From assembly GCA_963676915.2 (NCBI GenBank), contig CAXXVK010000074.1:1-64000 (forward strand): 64,000 nucleotides of DNA. The letters are read 5' to 3'. Numbering within the stretch: the stretch's first letter is position 1; each line of letters begins with the position of its first letter. This document shows, in pieces, positions 8,214 to 17,328 of this stretch. The DNA is from Myxococcota bacterium. Lineage in GTDB: Bacteria; Myxococcota_A; SURF-8; G963663525. The notes below the pieces were generated by a model. It was not told the origin of the DNA and did no database searches. It worked only from the letters and a program-made list of their open reading frames with translations. Both the position numbers and the translations under genes were made by a program.

Positions 8214-10092
8214 CGCGATATCTCCTTCCGCGTTCCTCAAACGCCTCCAGGCCGCCTTCCATGAGATTGACGATGAAATCGCGAATCTCCTTTCGATCGA
8301 GGTTTCCTTGTTCCGCCACTTCGGCCTGGCGTCCGTCCGATTTGAGGACCACGACATTCTTCGCCTCGCCCAGCACCGGGATGTTGGGGTTGTGGGTCAC
8401 GAAGATCATCTGCCGCCGCTCCTGTGTTTCTTTCAGCTTCGGCACGACCGTATCCGAGACATAGGAGTTGTCGAGGTTGTCTTCGGGCTGATCGATCAAC
8501 AGGGGTGCCACACTGTCGAGCAGCAGGATGGGCAGGATGGCGGAGCATTTCTGGCCGGTGGATACCCGTTCGGTGGGTCGGAACCCGGCCCCGGTATCGA
8601 GCTGAATCTCGACCAGATCATCCACGTCGATCACTTCCAGATCGTAGCGGACGTTGGAATCCTTCAGAAGCGCCTGAACCAATGCGGCGGCGAAATCATC
8701 CGTCACCTCAGAGGACTCGACGATCGCGTTCGCATTCTCCCTACCAACAAACATGGCCAAACGACGCGGGTCGATGGCGCTGGTCACCTTGGCTACCCGT
8801 GGCCGAAACTTGGTGCCGGAGCCTTTCATTTGGTCGTTTAGAAAGTCTGCGTAGGTTGTAGTATCCGCCGCCTGCCGCACTTCGATGCGGATCTTTCCAG
8901 CCAACTGTTGGTTTAGCGACTCAGCTGCCTGCTGCCGCACATCGTAGCGTTTCTGGCAGGCGTCCGAGAATTCCCATAACAGTTTGTCCCGCTCCTCCCG
9001 CATCTCTTTGATCTGCTCTTCGATGCGCATACGGGAGCGCTGCTTATTTTCCAGTTCCCGGATCTGCTTGGCCAGCGCATCCCGGTCCTTTACGCGGGCC
9101 TGCTTGTCCTTCTGCTTGGCCAGAGTATCGTGGTATTTCACATCTTCCGGCGCATGCCGTTTCTTCAACTCCTCCTGCATGGTATCGGCAGCACGATTCA
9201 TCTCGTCCAGGCACCCCAGAGCGTCATTGATCAGATCCTGAAACCGCTTGGCCTGATCCAGGTAAGTGACGCGGAGCTGCTCGAACAGTTCGCCGTTGGG
9301 ACCGCTTAGAAGTTCATCGGCAAAGACTTCCTTCAGACCCGTAAACATGCCCGTTCGCAAAGGCTCCGTGCGGCGACGGGCGCTATCGAGGATGGGTGGT
9401 ACGGCGTTCAGCGCGGCGAGTTCGTTATCGCGCATCTGCTTGGCCGTAGACGCAGCTTCCACTTCCGGGCCTACATCCACACCTTCCAGTTCCTTGTTCA
9501 GTCGATCGAGTTTTTCCTTCAGCGCGGGCAGTTCCTGAAGATTGACATCCTCCCCGCGCAGTTGCTGTTCCAGCAGGAGCAGGCTTTTCGCGTTCTGCTC
9601 CAGCTTCGTGCGTTTGCGCTGAATCTCCTGGCGCACCTCCCATATCTGCTTACGCTCGAAGCGATCCAGAAGTTCCCGCTGTGAAGGCGAATCGCTGGCG
9701 ATGGTTTCGATTTCGTTCTGACTGAAGACCGCTGCGCTGATGGACAGGCCCGAATCGAGGATCTTCGGATCCACAACCTCACCGGACTGGTCCATGACGA
9801 TCGGCGATTCCTTGTAGGCCCGCTTGATCGTAAAGCGTCCACCGTCCTCGGTTTCGAATTCCACCTCCACTACACCGTTGTGCAGGTTTCCCTTGAGCAG
9901 CTTGCCGAGGCGGTCGTCGGGATCGCCGCCGTTGATGCTGCCGCCCAGTGCGTAGCGAATCAGTTCCTGCAACGTGGTCTTCCCGGTGCCACGCCCGCCG
10001 ATAATGCAGTTGAGGCCATCGGTAAAAACTATATCCAGCCCGTCGAGAAAACCGCCGGTCACCCGGATCCGGCGAATCTGATGATGTCTCAT
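8197..10092 (-). CDS. ABC/SMC-type coiled-coil ATPase (TrlF/Ppl-ATPase-like, no PHP domain)
   Basis: Walker A GGRGTGKT, Q-loop FSQNE, long coiled coil, signature STGQ, Walker B LIDQPEDNLD, H-loop VTHNPN. Start at ATG 10092 after GGAGG. Confidence 0.85.
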   Translation of the reverse strand: MRHHQIRRIRVTGGFLDGLDIVFTDGLNCIIGGRGTGKTTLQELIRYALGGSINGGDPDDRLGKLLKGNLHNGVVEVEFETEDGGRFTIKRAYKESPIVMDQSGEVVDPKILDSGLSISAAVFSQNEIETIASDSPSQRELLDRFERKQIWEVRQEIQRKRTKLEQNAKSLLLLEQQLRGEDVNLQELPALKEKLDRLNKELEGVDVGPEVEAASTAKQMRDNELAALNAVPPILDSARRRTEPLRTGMFTGLKEVFADELLSGPNGELFEQLRVTYLDQAKRFQDLINDALGCLDEMNRAADTMQEELKKRHAPEDVKYHDTLAKQKDKQARVKDRDALAKQIRELENKQRSRMRIEEQIKEMREERDKLLWEFSDACQKRYDVRQQAAESLNQQLAGKIRIEVRQAADTTTYADFLNDQMKGSGTKFRPRVAKVTSAIDPRRLAMFVGRENANAIVESSEVTDDFAAALVQALLKDSNVRYDLEVIDVDDLVEIQLDTGAGFRPTERVSTGQKCSAILPILLLDSVAPLLIDQPEDNLDNSYVSDTVVPKLKETQERRQMIFVTHNPNIPVLGEAKNVVVLKSDGRQAEVAEQGNLDRKEIRDFIVNLMEGGLEAFEERGRRYRDVKRG

Positions 10093-10180
10093 ATCGTTCC
10101 TCCATCGTGAGTCTGCCAACAGGTTTTTACAAAACCCATCCTGCCTCAACTCACATTTCCTGTCGCCTGCGGCAGTTTTC

Positions 10181-10202
10181 AAAATCCTGCTAGCAGGATT
10201 TT
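10181..10202. promoter_or_regulatory. Perfect 22-bp palindrome, candidate operator
   Basis: AAAATCCTGCTAGCAGGATTTT lies in the divergent intergenic region between the ATPase and bEBP genes. Confidence 0.55.
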
Positions 10203-10373
10203 ACCCGTATCTCCAACTCCTGCTCGCAATGTCGTCACTGTTTGCCGCAGGAATACAAGCAGGCATCCATGCTGCCGCCCATCATGCCACAGGCGATTCC
10301 GGCGCATGGAAGAAGTACAGTATAGCTCAAAACGGCTCACAACGAATCGTTTTAATGTAATCAAGGACATAGC

Positions 10374-11399
10374 GTGTCACAAGAGTTGACGTATTCCAGA
10401 ACAGAAGGGCTGATCGGCGGCGATGCCGCCATGGATGCCCTGTTTGATACAATCCGGGGTATCGCCCGGATCGGGGATACGTCCATCCTGATACAAGGCG
10501 AAACCGGCGTCGGCAAGGAAGGCTGCGCCAGAGCCATCCACTATAACAGCCCGAGGAAAAGCGGCCCGCTCGTAACAGTCAACTGCGCCGCCATTCCGGA
10601 TTCTCTGGCTGAAAGCATGTGGTTCGGCCACAAAAAGGGAGCCTTCACCGGGGCCACAACCGATAAGGCTGGATATTTCGAAGCCGCGCATGGAGGCGTG
10701 CTTTTTCTGGATGAGGTCGGCGATCTGTCGCTGGACTCCCAGGCTCTGTTGCTTCGGGCCTTACAGGAAAAGGAAATCGTGAGAATCGGCGAAACGAAGC
10801 CTCGCCGGGTTGATGTCCGAATCGTCTCGGCCACCAACAAAGATCTGCTCGGCATGATCGAACGTGGTGAGTTTCGGCGGGATCTTTATCATCGCCTAGC
10901 GGAAGAGCCTCCCCTTATCATTCCCGCGCTTCGCGATCGACCTGAAAGCATTGCCGTACTGATTCAACACTTCATCGACCAGTTTTTCCGTCAGTACAAG
11001 GTCCGGATAGGCCTGCCGGAATCCGTCTTGGACGTACTGCGAGCCTTTTCATGGCCGGGCAATGTCCGTCAGCTCAAATCCACGATCAAGTATCTGGTGC
11101 TTACGGTTGCTCGCCGTGGGGGGAAGCAAATTCGGCAGGAAGACCTGCCGGAAGATATCCGCAACAGCCAGCTGCCTCAAATTCCCGCACCATACAGAAG
11201 CGACGTACTCCGCGACGCCATTCTGAGGGTACTGGGTCAGATGCAGAGTCTGTCCGTCAGCGATCTGGTTGATCGGGTCGGTCGGAATCGGCACGCCATC
11301 AGCTATCAGTTGGAACAGATGGAATCGGAAGGACTGGTCCGGATCGAGCGCCGACGCGGGCGAAGTGGAAACCTCGTGCATCTGCGCGCCGGAGATTGA
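10374..11399 (+). CDS. Sigma-54-dependent enhancer-binding protein with no N-terminal sensor and a winged-helix C-terminus
   Basis: GETGVGKE, GAFTGA, LFLDEVG, FRRDLYHRL, WPGNVRQL. The C-terminal LSVSDLVDRVGRNRHAISYQLEQMESEGLVRI is ArsR/MarR-like. Confidence 0.92.
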   Translation: MSQELTYSRTEGLIGGDAAMDALFDTIRGIARIGDTSILIQGETGVGKEGCARAIHYNSPRKSGPLVTVNCAAIPDSLAESMWFGHKKGAFTGATTDKAGYFEAAHGGVLFLDEVGDLSLDSQALLLRALQEKEIVRIGETKPRRVDVRIVSATNKDLLGMIERGEFRRDLYHRLAEEPPLIIPALRDRPESIAVLIQHFIDQFFRQYKVRIGLPESVLDVLRAFSWPGNVRQLKSTIKYLVLTVARRGGKQIRQEDLPEDIRNSQLPQIPAPYRSDVLRDAILRVLGQMQSLSVSDLVDRVGRNRHAISYQLEQMESEGLVRIERRRGRSGNLVHLRAGD

Positions 11400-11409
11400 T
11401 TTTACATCT

Positions 11410-11425
11410 TGGCATGATGGTTGCT
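11410..11425 (+). promoter_or_regulatory. Sigma-54 (-24/-12) promoter for the recombinase operon
   Basis: TGGCATG-ATGG-TTGCT, 10 bp after the bEBP stop and 46 bp before the next ORF. Confidence 0.75.
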
Positions 11426-11471
11426 TTATCTATCCACTCGAAAGAAGATATTAAGAATAACAACACCTTAG

Positions 11472-11663
11472 ATGATGGATATGCCCCAGACGAACAACCC
11501 CCAACATGAAATCGCAGATATTCTCGCCACCGGTTACCTGCGCTACAGAAGAAGACAGGCTGCTGAATGGGTGAAAGAAAAAACAGAGAAAACCCTTGAT
11601 GATGTCACCCAACGAGGGAAGCTCCGGACGACGGAGAATCGAACTCCGGAGAAAGGAGCCTGA
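11472..11663 (+). CDS. Small hypothetical protein preceding DUF2924
   Basis: EIADILATGYLRYR resembles small ORFs recalled upstream of DUF2924 genes; its stop is 1 bp before the next start. Confidence 0.55.
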   Translation: MMDMPQTNNPQHEIADILATGYLRYRRRQAAEWVKEKTEKTLDDVTQRGKLRTTENRTPEKGA

Positions 11664-11664
11664 T

Positions 11665-12171
11665 ATGACGAGCAAACCCGGTAGACGACAACGTGACACC
11701 ATCCTGCATCAACTGGCGGAACTTGATTCCCTGCCCACAGCGGAATTGAAGAAGCGCTGGAACGTGCTCTATGGACAGGAGCCGCCGCGTTTCAACCGAC
11801 AGTTCCTGATTAAACGCCTGGCCTACAGGATTCAGGAAATCGCCTATGGCGGAGTCGACGATCGAACGCGGACCCGAATGAATGACCTGCTTGAAGATGA
11901 AGGTTATGACGAGTTGGGGCGAAAAGTGCGCAAACCGACTCGCCGGGCGTCTGAACGCACCATCGTGCCGGGTACGGTCCTGGTGCGCGAATGGCAAGGG
12001 GAGCGCCATGAGGCGGTCGCCATGGACGATGGCGGTTTTGAGCATCGCGGCATGCCCTACCGCTCCTTATCAGCGGTGGCGCGGGCCATCACCGGCACAC
12101 GCTGGAATGGCCCGGCGTTCTTCGGATTGCGAGGCAAGACGGTTCCATTGAAGGAGGCCGCTCGTGATTAG
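11665..12171 (+). CDS. DUF2924 family protein
   Basis: LAYRIQEIAYGG, PGTVLVREWQG, YRSLSAVARAITGTRWNGPAFFGL. RBS AAGGAG. Confidence 0.85.
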   Translation: MTSKPGRRQRDTILHQLAELDSLPTAELKKRWNVLYGQEPPRFNRQFLIKRLAYRIQEIAYGGVDDRTRTRMNDLLEDEGYDELGRKVRKPTRRASERTIVPGTVLVREWQGERHEAVAMDDGGFEHRGMPYRSLSAVARAITGTRWNGPAFFGLRGKTVPLKEAARD

Positions 12172-13726
12172 GGACCGAAAGCAGACCCAAAACAATCCGA
12201 TCATTCGTTGCGCCATCTACACTCGCAAATCCACCGACGAGAATTTGGACTCTGACTTCAACAGTTTGGATGCCCAGCGAGAGTCTTGCGAGCATTTCAT
12301 CCAGTCCCACGCCCGCGAGAACTGGCATGCGCTGGACGCCCGATACGACGACGGAGCGTATTCAGGCGCAAGCATGGAGCGCCCGGGACTGAAACGGCTG
12401 CTGGCAGACATTGAGGACGGCATGGTGGACTGCGTTGTGGTCTACAAAATTGACCGGCTGTCGCGATCCATCGCGGATTTCACGCGCATGATGGAGTTTT
12501 TCAAACAACGCGATATCGCCATGGTCAGCGTGACCCAGGCCTTCAACACGAACACCTCCAGCGGCACGCTCATGGTGAATTTATTAATGACGTTCGCCAG
12601 TTACGAAAGAGAAGTTATCGCCGAGCGCATCCGGGACAAGGTGGCGGCCAGCAAAAAACGAGGTAAATACATGGGTGGCGTGCCGCCCCTCGGTTACGAT
12701 GTGGATCGTGACAGAAAACGGCTGGTCGTGAATTCCGAGGAAGCCGCTCTGGTGCGATTCATCTTCCGTCGTTACCTTCAATTGCATTCCGCAGTAGCGC
12801 TCATCAAAGAGTTGAACGGAAAAGGCCTGACCACCAAGTCCTGGGTAACGAAAAAGGGCATTCATCGGAAAGGCCGCGCCTGGAACAAATCGCACATCTA
12901 TCGCCTGCTGAACAACCCTATTTATGCAGGCAAGATCAAACACAAGGATCGGCTCTATGAGGGCGAACACGAGGCGATCATCGAAAAGTCCTTATGGGAT
13001 GAGGTGCAGTCGACGATCGGATCCGAGGGAAAAGCAGGAATTCGGCATAATGACACCTTGTCGCCGTTAAAGGGGATTCTTGTCTGCGGTCACTGCCGCA
13101 AACCGATGGGAGCCACATTCACAACAAAGGACGGTAAGCGCTACCGCTATTACCTCTGCCAACAGGCGGGAAAATCCAGTTACGACAGCTGTCCGATTCG
13201 TTCCGTACCAGCCGGAGATCTGGAAAACCTGGTGCATATTCAGATCAGGCGGATGCTCGGCTCCCCGGACATCGCCGCCGAAACGTTCCGGGAACTGGTG
13301 AGACGGGAAGCCGAGACGGTAAAGAAACTTGAACAACAGACCGACAAGCTGAGAGAGGAACTGTCAACACTGCAATCCGCTCGTAAGCGACTGATTGAAC
13401 CTGGGGATGGAGCATCAAAACTTGTGGCAGAGGAGCGGATCGGAATCGAAGAGAAAATCAATCATCTTACGCTTCAGCTTGCGAGCATGGATGCGGAACG
13501 CGAATTCTACAGCAACAATTTACTGACCGAACATGAATTGGCAGCGGAACTTCAGCGCTTGGATCTCTTCTGGAATGAACTCTTTCCCGGTGAAAAGACA
13601 CGGATTATCAAGCTGCTGGTGGATGAGATCATCGTGAATAAAGACGGAATCGACATTGCGTTGAAACCGACTGGTGTCGAAGGAGTTGCGTTGGAGATGT
13701 CGGGAGGACCACATGCACAACCGTGA
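12164..13726 (+). CDS. Large serine recombinase (resolvase + recombinase + Zn-ribbon domains)
   Basis: CAIYTRKS catalytic Ser motif, SGASMERPGL, YKIDRLSRS, CGHC...YRYYLC. Confidence 0.93.
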   Translation: MIRDRKQTQNNPIIRCAIYTRKSTDENLDSDFNSLDAQRESCEHFIQSHARENWHALDARYDDGAYSGASMERPGLKRLLADIEDGMVDCVVVYKIDRLSRSIADFTRMMEFFKQRDIAMVSVTQAFNTNTSSGTLMVNLLMTFASYEREVIAERIRDKVAASKKRGKYMGGVPPLGYDVDRDRKRLVVNSEEAALVRFIFRRYLQLHSAVALIKELNGKGLTTKSWVTKKGIHRKGRAWNKSHIYRLLNNPIYAGKIKHKDRLYEGEHEAIIEKSLWDEVQSTIGSEGKAGIRHNDTLSPLKGILVCGHCRKPMGATFTTKDGKRYRYYLCQQAGKSSYDSCPIRSVPAGDLENLVHIQIRRMLGSPDIAAETFRELVRREAETVKKLEQQTDKLREELSTLQSARKRLIEPGDGASKLVAEERIGIEEKINHLTLQLASMDAEREFYSNNLLTEHELAAELQRLDLFWNELFPGEKTRIIKLLVDEIIVNKDGIDIALKPTGVEGVALEMSGGPHAQP

Positions 13727-14171
13727 TGAAACAGAGGCACTTTCGAGGCCAAAGGCCGCTGAAAGCAAGCCCGATAAAAGGCAAAGAGTGTATCGGGATA
13801 AGCGCGGGCGATTGATCGTTCATATCCCGATGAACCTGAAAAGAAGAGGTGGCCGTAAAGAGATTGTGCTTCCACATGGCTCTGATCCCGACAGCCTCAA
13901 TGACGCAACTTCACTCAATCGACCACTGGCGCTGGCCGTGGCTCTCGGGCATCGCTGGTTGGACCTGTTGACCGAGGGGCGATTCGGTTCCGTGCAGGAA
14001 CTAGCCGAAACGATCGGTATGGATCCGTCGCAGGCGCGGCGGCACTTGAGTCTGGCCTGCCTTCCACCCAAACTTGTCCGGGCAATACTGAACGGCAAGG
14101 AGCCGGAAGGTTTGTCGGTGGAAGAGGCGGTAAATATCTCCCCTAATTGGGCAGACATGATTGAGGTGTAG
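13713..14171 (+). CDS. Recombinase-associated HTH protein
   Basis: RRGGRKEIV...ALGHRWLDLLTEGRFGSVQELAETIG...LACLPPKLVRAILNG; overlaps the recombinase stop; RBS GGAGG. Confidence 0.7.
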   Translation: MHNRDETEALSRPKAAESKPDKRQRVYRDKRGRLIVHIPMNLKRRGGRKEIVLPHGSDPDSLNDATSLNRPLALAVALGHRWLDLLTEGRFGSVQELAETIGMDPSQARRHLSLACLPPKLVRAILNGKEPEGLSVEEAVNISPNWADMIEV

Positions 14172-14177
14172 GCCCGA

Positions 14178-14957
14178 TTACATCACTCCCAATATCCATC
14201 CTTCACGTTCTTCAGCAATTCGTTTCTGTTCAGTGCTCAATGGCGGTTCCAAATACATTTGCAATTTGCCCGTCCGAGCCGTCTCACTCAACCATTTCGC
14301 TACAGCATAAGCGTCGTGCTCGTGAGAATTTCGATTCTCCTTCGGATAACGACGACTGAACACGGATGGATAGATTTCCGCGATCACGGACTTGCCATCG
14401 GCAGGCACCCAGCCATCAAAGGGCCAGAAGTGAACTTGCTCGCCTACACGCTCCCTTATATGTGCCAACCAGGGAATACCTGCCCAACTAGACTTGCCAA
14501 CTGCTCCCCTACCTTTAAACTGGAAAACGCTTTTTGCGCTGGGTGTCCATTTTTCGGTGATTCGAAGTTGATCGGGTCGACCGCCCGGTTGCATTGAGTC
14601 GGGTCTATCCAAGGTGAAATCGACATACATGCTCGGTTTGTGGGTCGGCCACCAGAGTGGAAAATGCCGAAGCATTTCTTCCCAATTTGGCAGCGATTGA
14701 TAATCGAACCACTCGTTTGGCAACGAAAAACAATGATCAATGCCGACAACCACACGCTCATTTGTCACTTGCTCGATCAGCCATGCGGCAATACCCATGC
14801 GTGACCAGTTTTTTGGACCGTGCTTGGAGGCATCCGGAGTAGTGATCTTAACGGGTTCTGCTCCTTCGAAGGCTTTGTAAACAGCAAGACCATTCAGACG
14901 ACTTTCGGGCGTTTCCGCACCAGAATAGTCGATACCGATGTAACTGGAGAATATCAT
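14178..14957 (-). CDS. Predicted RNase H-fold nuclease (DUF429-like)
   Basis: IGIDYSGA, VGIDHCFSLP, AEIYPS and HEHDA acidic motifs. Confidence 0.6.
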   Translation of the reverse strand: MIFSSYIGIDYSGAETPESRLNGLAVYKAFEGAEPVKITTPDASKHGPKNWSRMGIAAWLIEQVTNERVVVGIDHCFSLPNEWFDYQSLPNWEEMLRHFPLWWPTHKPSMYVDFTLDRPDSMQPGGRPDQLRITEKWTPSAKSVFQFKGRGAVGKSSWAGIPWLAHIRERVGEQVHFWPFDGWVPADGKSVIAEIYPSVFSRRYPKENRNSHEHDAYAVAKWLSETARTGKLQMYLEPPLSTEQKRIAEEREGWILGVM

Positions 14958-15214
14958 GGCTTCCCTTTGGCCCTTGTTTTATAGATCTGCTGCCCGCAAC
15001 TCTTACACTCCCACTTCGGATCATCATCCGTGACGCAGCAGCCACCAACAATCAGTCGACCAGAATCTACTTCCTTCTGGAACTCCTCAGACCATGCAGG
15101 CATTCCGTACAAGATATCACCCATCGGTTTGAAACCGCAGGTTGGGCATTTAGTGGGACGTCGGGTACGTTCGATTCTATGGTTCATTTTCCTTGCTCTA
15201 GTCACGTTCTCCAT
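14954..15214 (-). CDS. Small Zn-ribbon protein
   Basis: CPTCG...ILYGMP...GGCC...WECKSCG; 4-bp overlap with the downstream gene. Confidence 0.65.
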   Translation of the reverse strand: MENVTRARKMNHRIERTRRPTKCPTCGFKPMGDILYGMPAWSEEFQKEVDSGRLIVGGCCVTDDDPKWECKSCGQQIYKTRAKGKP

Positions 15215-15280
15215 ATTAAAGCATTAGGATCTTTGCATTTATGCATCTTTAGCATGTGATTACGAGTTTGACATGCTTTT

Positions 15281-16036
15281 CTATTCGCCGAGGTTTGGGT
15301 CGAATTCCTCAAACTCTCGAAATATTCGTTGGCCTTGGCTATTTTTATTTCTGCCAAGCTTTGTTTTGCGTATTCTGTCCTGCAAATAAGCGACTGCTTT
15401 CTCAAAATGCTCAATCGGTGTATCCTTGACTTTGTATTTAAAAACTCTTTGATATGCGACTCGAATGCGAGAATAATTCATTTTCTCACCGTTTTTCTCA
15501 CAGTCCCATTTCTTGAATTCGTTGTATCGAGAGATCAGATACTCAATATAACCGATTAGCCTTTTTTCAGATCCAAGGGTTCCTGGAATAATGATTGGAT
15601 TTGATTTGCTTCCTGATTTAGAAATTCGTGTCGTAACGTTGAGGTCGCCGTGTACCTCAGTTCCTTCTTTTATTGTTACATTCCCATCACCATGAATGCT
15701 TGTATTTGAAATCATCGATGGTCTTGATGGTTCATTTCCCTGCGCTTTCTTCTTGAACGCCTGGAAGTCAACTACGTTGCTGGATGGTGTCAATAGCTCT
15801 CTTTTTATCTTATACAGTTTGGTGCGCGATAGCGTGCCTGAATCCGCTTTGGAATGACAGCCAGAACAAAGAACAATCATATCATCAAAATTATGTTCCT
15901 GGTTGTTTGCATATGGGACAATGTGATGGATGACAAGAGAATCAACGTCGGTCTCACCGCAAACTGGACATTTAGAACTGACTTCCTGATACAGTTTCTT
16001 TTCAAGACGCTTCGGAATTGACTTTCGCCTCACCAT
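15281..16036 (-). CDS. HNH endonuclease domain protein
   Basis: CPVCG...IHHIVP...LCSGCH. Confidence 0.8.
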   Translation of the reverse strand: MVRRKSIPKRLEKKLYQEVSSKCPVCGETDVDSLVIHHIVPYANNQEHNFDDMIVLCSGCHSKADSGTLSRTKLYKIKRELLTPSSNVVDFQAFKKKAQGNEPSRPSMISNTSIHGDGNVTIKEGTEVHGDLNVTTRISKSGSKSNPIIIPGTLGSEKRLIGYIEYLISRYNEFKKWDCEKNGEKMNYSRIRVAYQRVFKYKVKDTPIEHFEKAVAYLQDRIRKTKLGRNKNSQGQRIFREFEEFDPNLGE

Positions 16037-16044
16037 TCTGTCTC

Positions 16045-17328
16045 CTATTCATTCCCCACTGGCTCCGGAAAATTATTTGAAAGTGTACCTGTTAGTTTGC
16101 TGCTCAATGTTGAAAGGAACATTTTTCCTTGTCCATCCAAATTATCGCCCAATCCAAAACACAGACTTCTTACCAGGATGCGACCGATCTGGACATTCAG
16201 CGGCTGGGGTAGAGACTCGGGATAGATTAGGAATGCCATTTCGCATCCCTTCGCCTCGGCGTATGCCACGGCCTGGTAGATATCCGCCTCTGCCGCTTGC
16301 TCAGGAACCTTGTATTTCGTGTCCATCACGCACAGCACACGCCCGGTATCTCTTTCTTCGACGACGAGATCGATGTTCATGCTGATGGCGTTGTTTTCCT
16401 CGAATGTCACCCGCTCTTGGGTCTTAAGTTGAAGCCCGCTGTCGATGTGGTGTTCCAGCCAGCGCGCTACGAACAGTTCGTAAAGTCGACCCATGTTGAC
16501 GAGGAACGGAATCATTGTCCGATCACCCCAGTCATGGCCCGGTCCCATCTGCTCCAGGAAGAAGCGGCAAAGCGCGTGTAGAGGGTGGTAATCGTTGTTC
16601 AAACGATTATAGAGCCGTCCGATGCAAGATTTCGGTAGTTGCGGCTCCAGTCTGGCCGCACCGCGAAGTTGTAAAAAAGCCTGTCTGACAACCGATAGCG
16701 CGTCATCCCGGCAGATACCGGAGCGGGCGATAGTGAAAAGTGTCCAGGCGAGGATGCGATTGTCCTCGTTGTCGGCATTATGGTCTTCATAGCGGCAGGG
16801 AAAATCAGCCTCCCAAGGTCGAAGCATAGCCCGAGCCATGTCGACTCGTCCACGGAGATAGGGTAATCGTTCTCCACGGCCTTGATATTCGCGATATAAG
16901 CCCTTTCGGCCACGATCCAGGACACGTTTTGCCAAAATCTTCGCCAACCGTTGGTAGATGTCATCCAGCGAAGTGCTTTGCGTCAACCCCTCAAAAATGT
17001 GGAAGTCCCCAAGATTATAGGCCCACTCCAGCATGCGGAAGAGATTGCCAATGCTGGTTTTAGGTGTGAGCGATAAGGCCAGTTCATCCGAAAGCGGAAT
17101 ATGACCGACATAGCCCTGGGAGCAGAGTTTCCATCGCATATCTGTTTTAGGATCGGGAAAATCGATGCTCAAGTACTTGCCGAAGGTGCGCCATAGCTTT
17201 TCGCCAAAAGCGAGTGTCATCGTATCCGACGGGAGATACTCGGGTTCGTATTCCCTGATCCGGATCACATTGGAAGCGACATCATTCACCTCGGACGCTC
17301 TCCTTAACTTTCTCCCAACGGAATTCAT
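16045..17328 (-). CDS. mcrC: McrC-family restriction endonuclease subunit (start possibly GTG 17289)
   Basis: NMGRLYELFV, IDLV...MDTKYK, ADIYQAVAYA; directly follows an McrB-like gene. Confidence 0.85.
   Translation of the reverse strand: MNSVGRKLRRASEVNDVASNVIRIREYEPEYLPSDTMTLAFGEKLWRTFGKYLSIDFPDPKTDMRWKLCSQGYVGHIPLSDELALSLTPKTSIGNLFRMLEWAYNLGDFHIFEGLTQSTSLDDIYQRLAKILAKRVLDRGRKGLYREYQGRGERLPYLRGRVDMARAMLRPWEADFPCRYEDHNADNEDNRILAWTLFTIARSGICRDDALSVVRQAFLQLRGAARLEPQLPKSCIGRLYNRLNNDYHPLHALCRFFLEQMGPGHDWGDRTMIPFLVNMGRLYELFVARWLEHHIDSGLQLKTQERVTFEENNAISMNIDLVVEERDTGRVLCVMDTKYKVPEQAAEADIYQAVAYAEAKGCEMAFLIYPESLPQPLNVQIGRILVRSLCFGLGDNLDGQGKMFLSTLSSKLTGTLSNNFPEPVGNE

Noticed and set aside
10270-10290. 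Third sigma-54 promoter for the ATPase operon
   Set aside because: Good -24 box (TGGCATG), but the GC is not at the required spacing.
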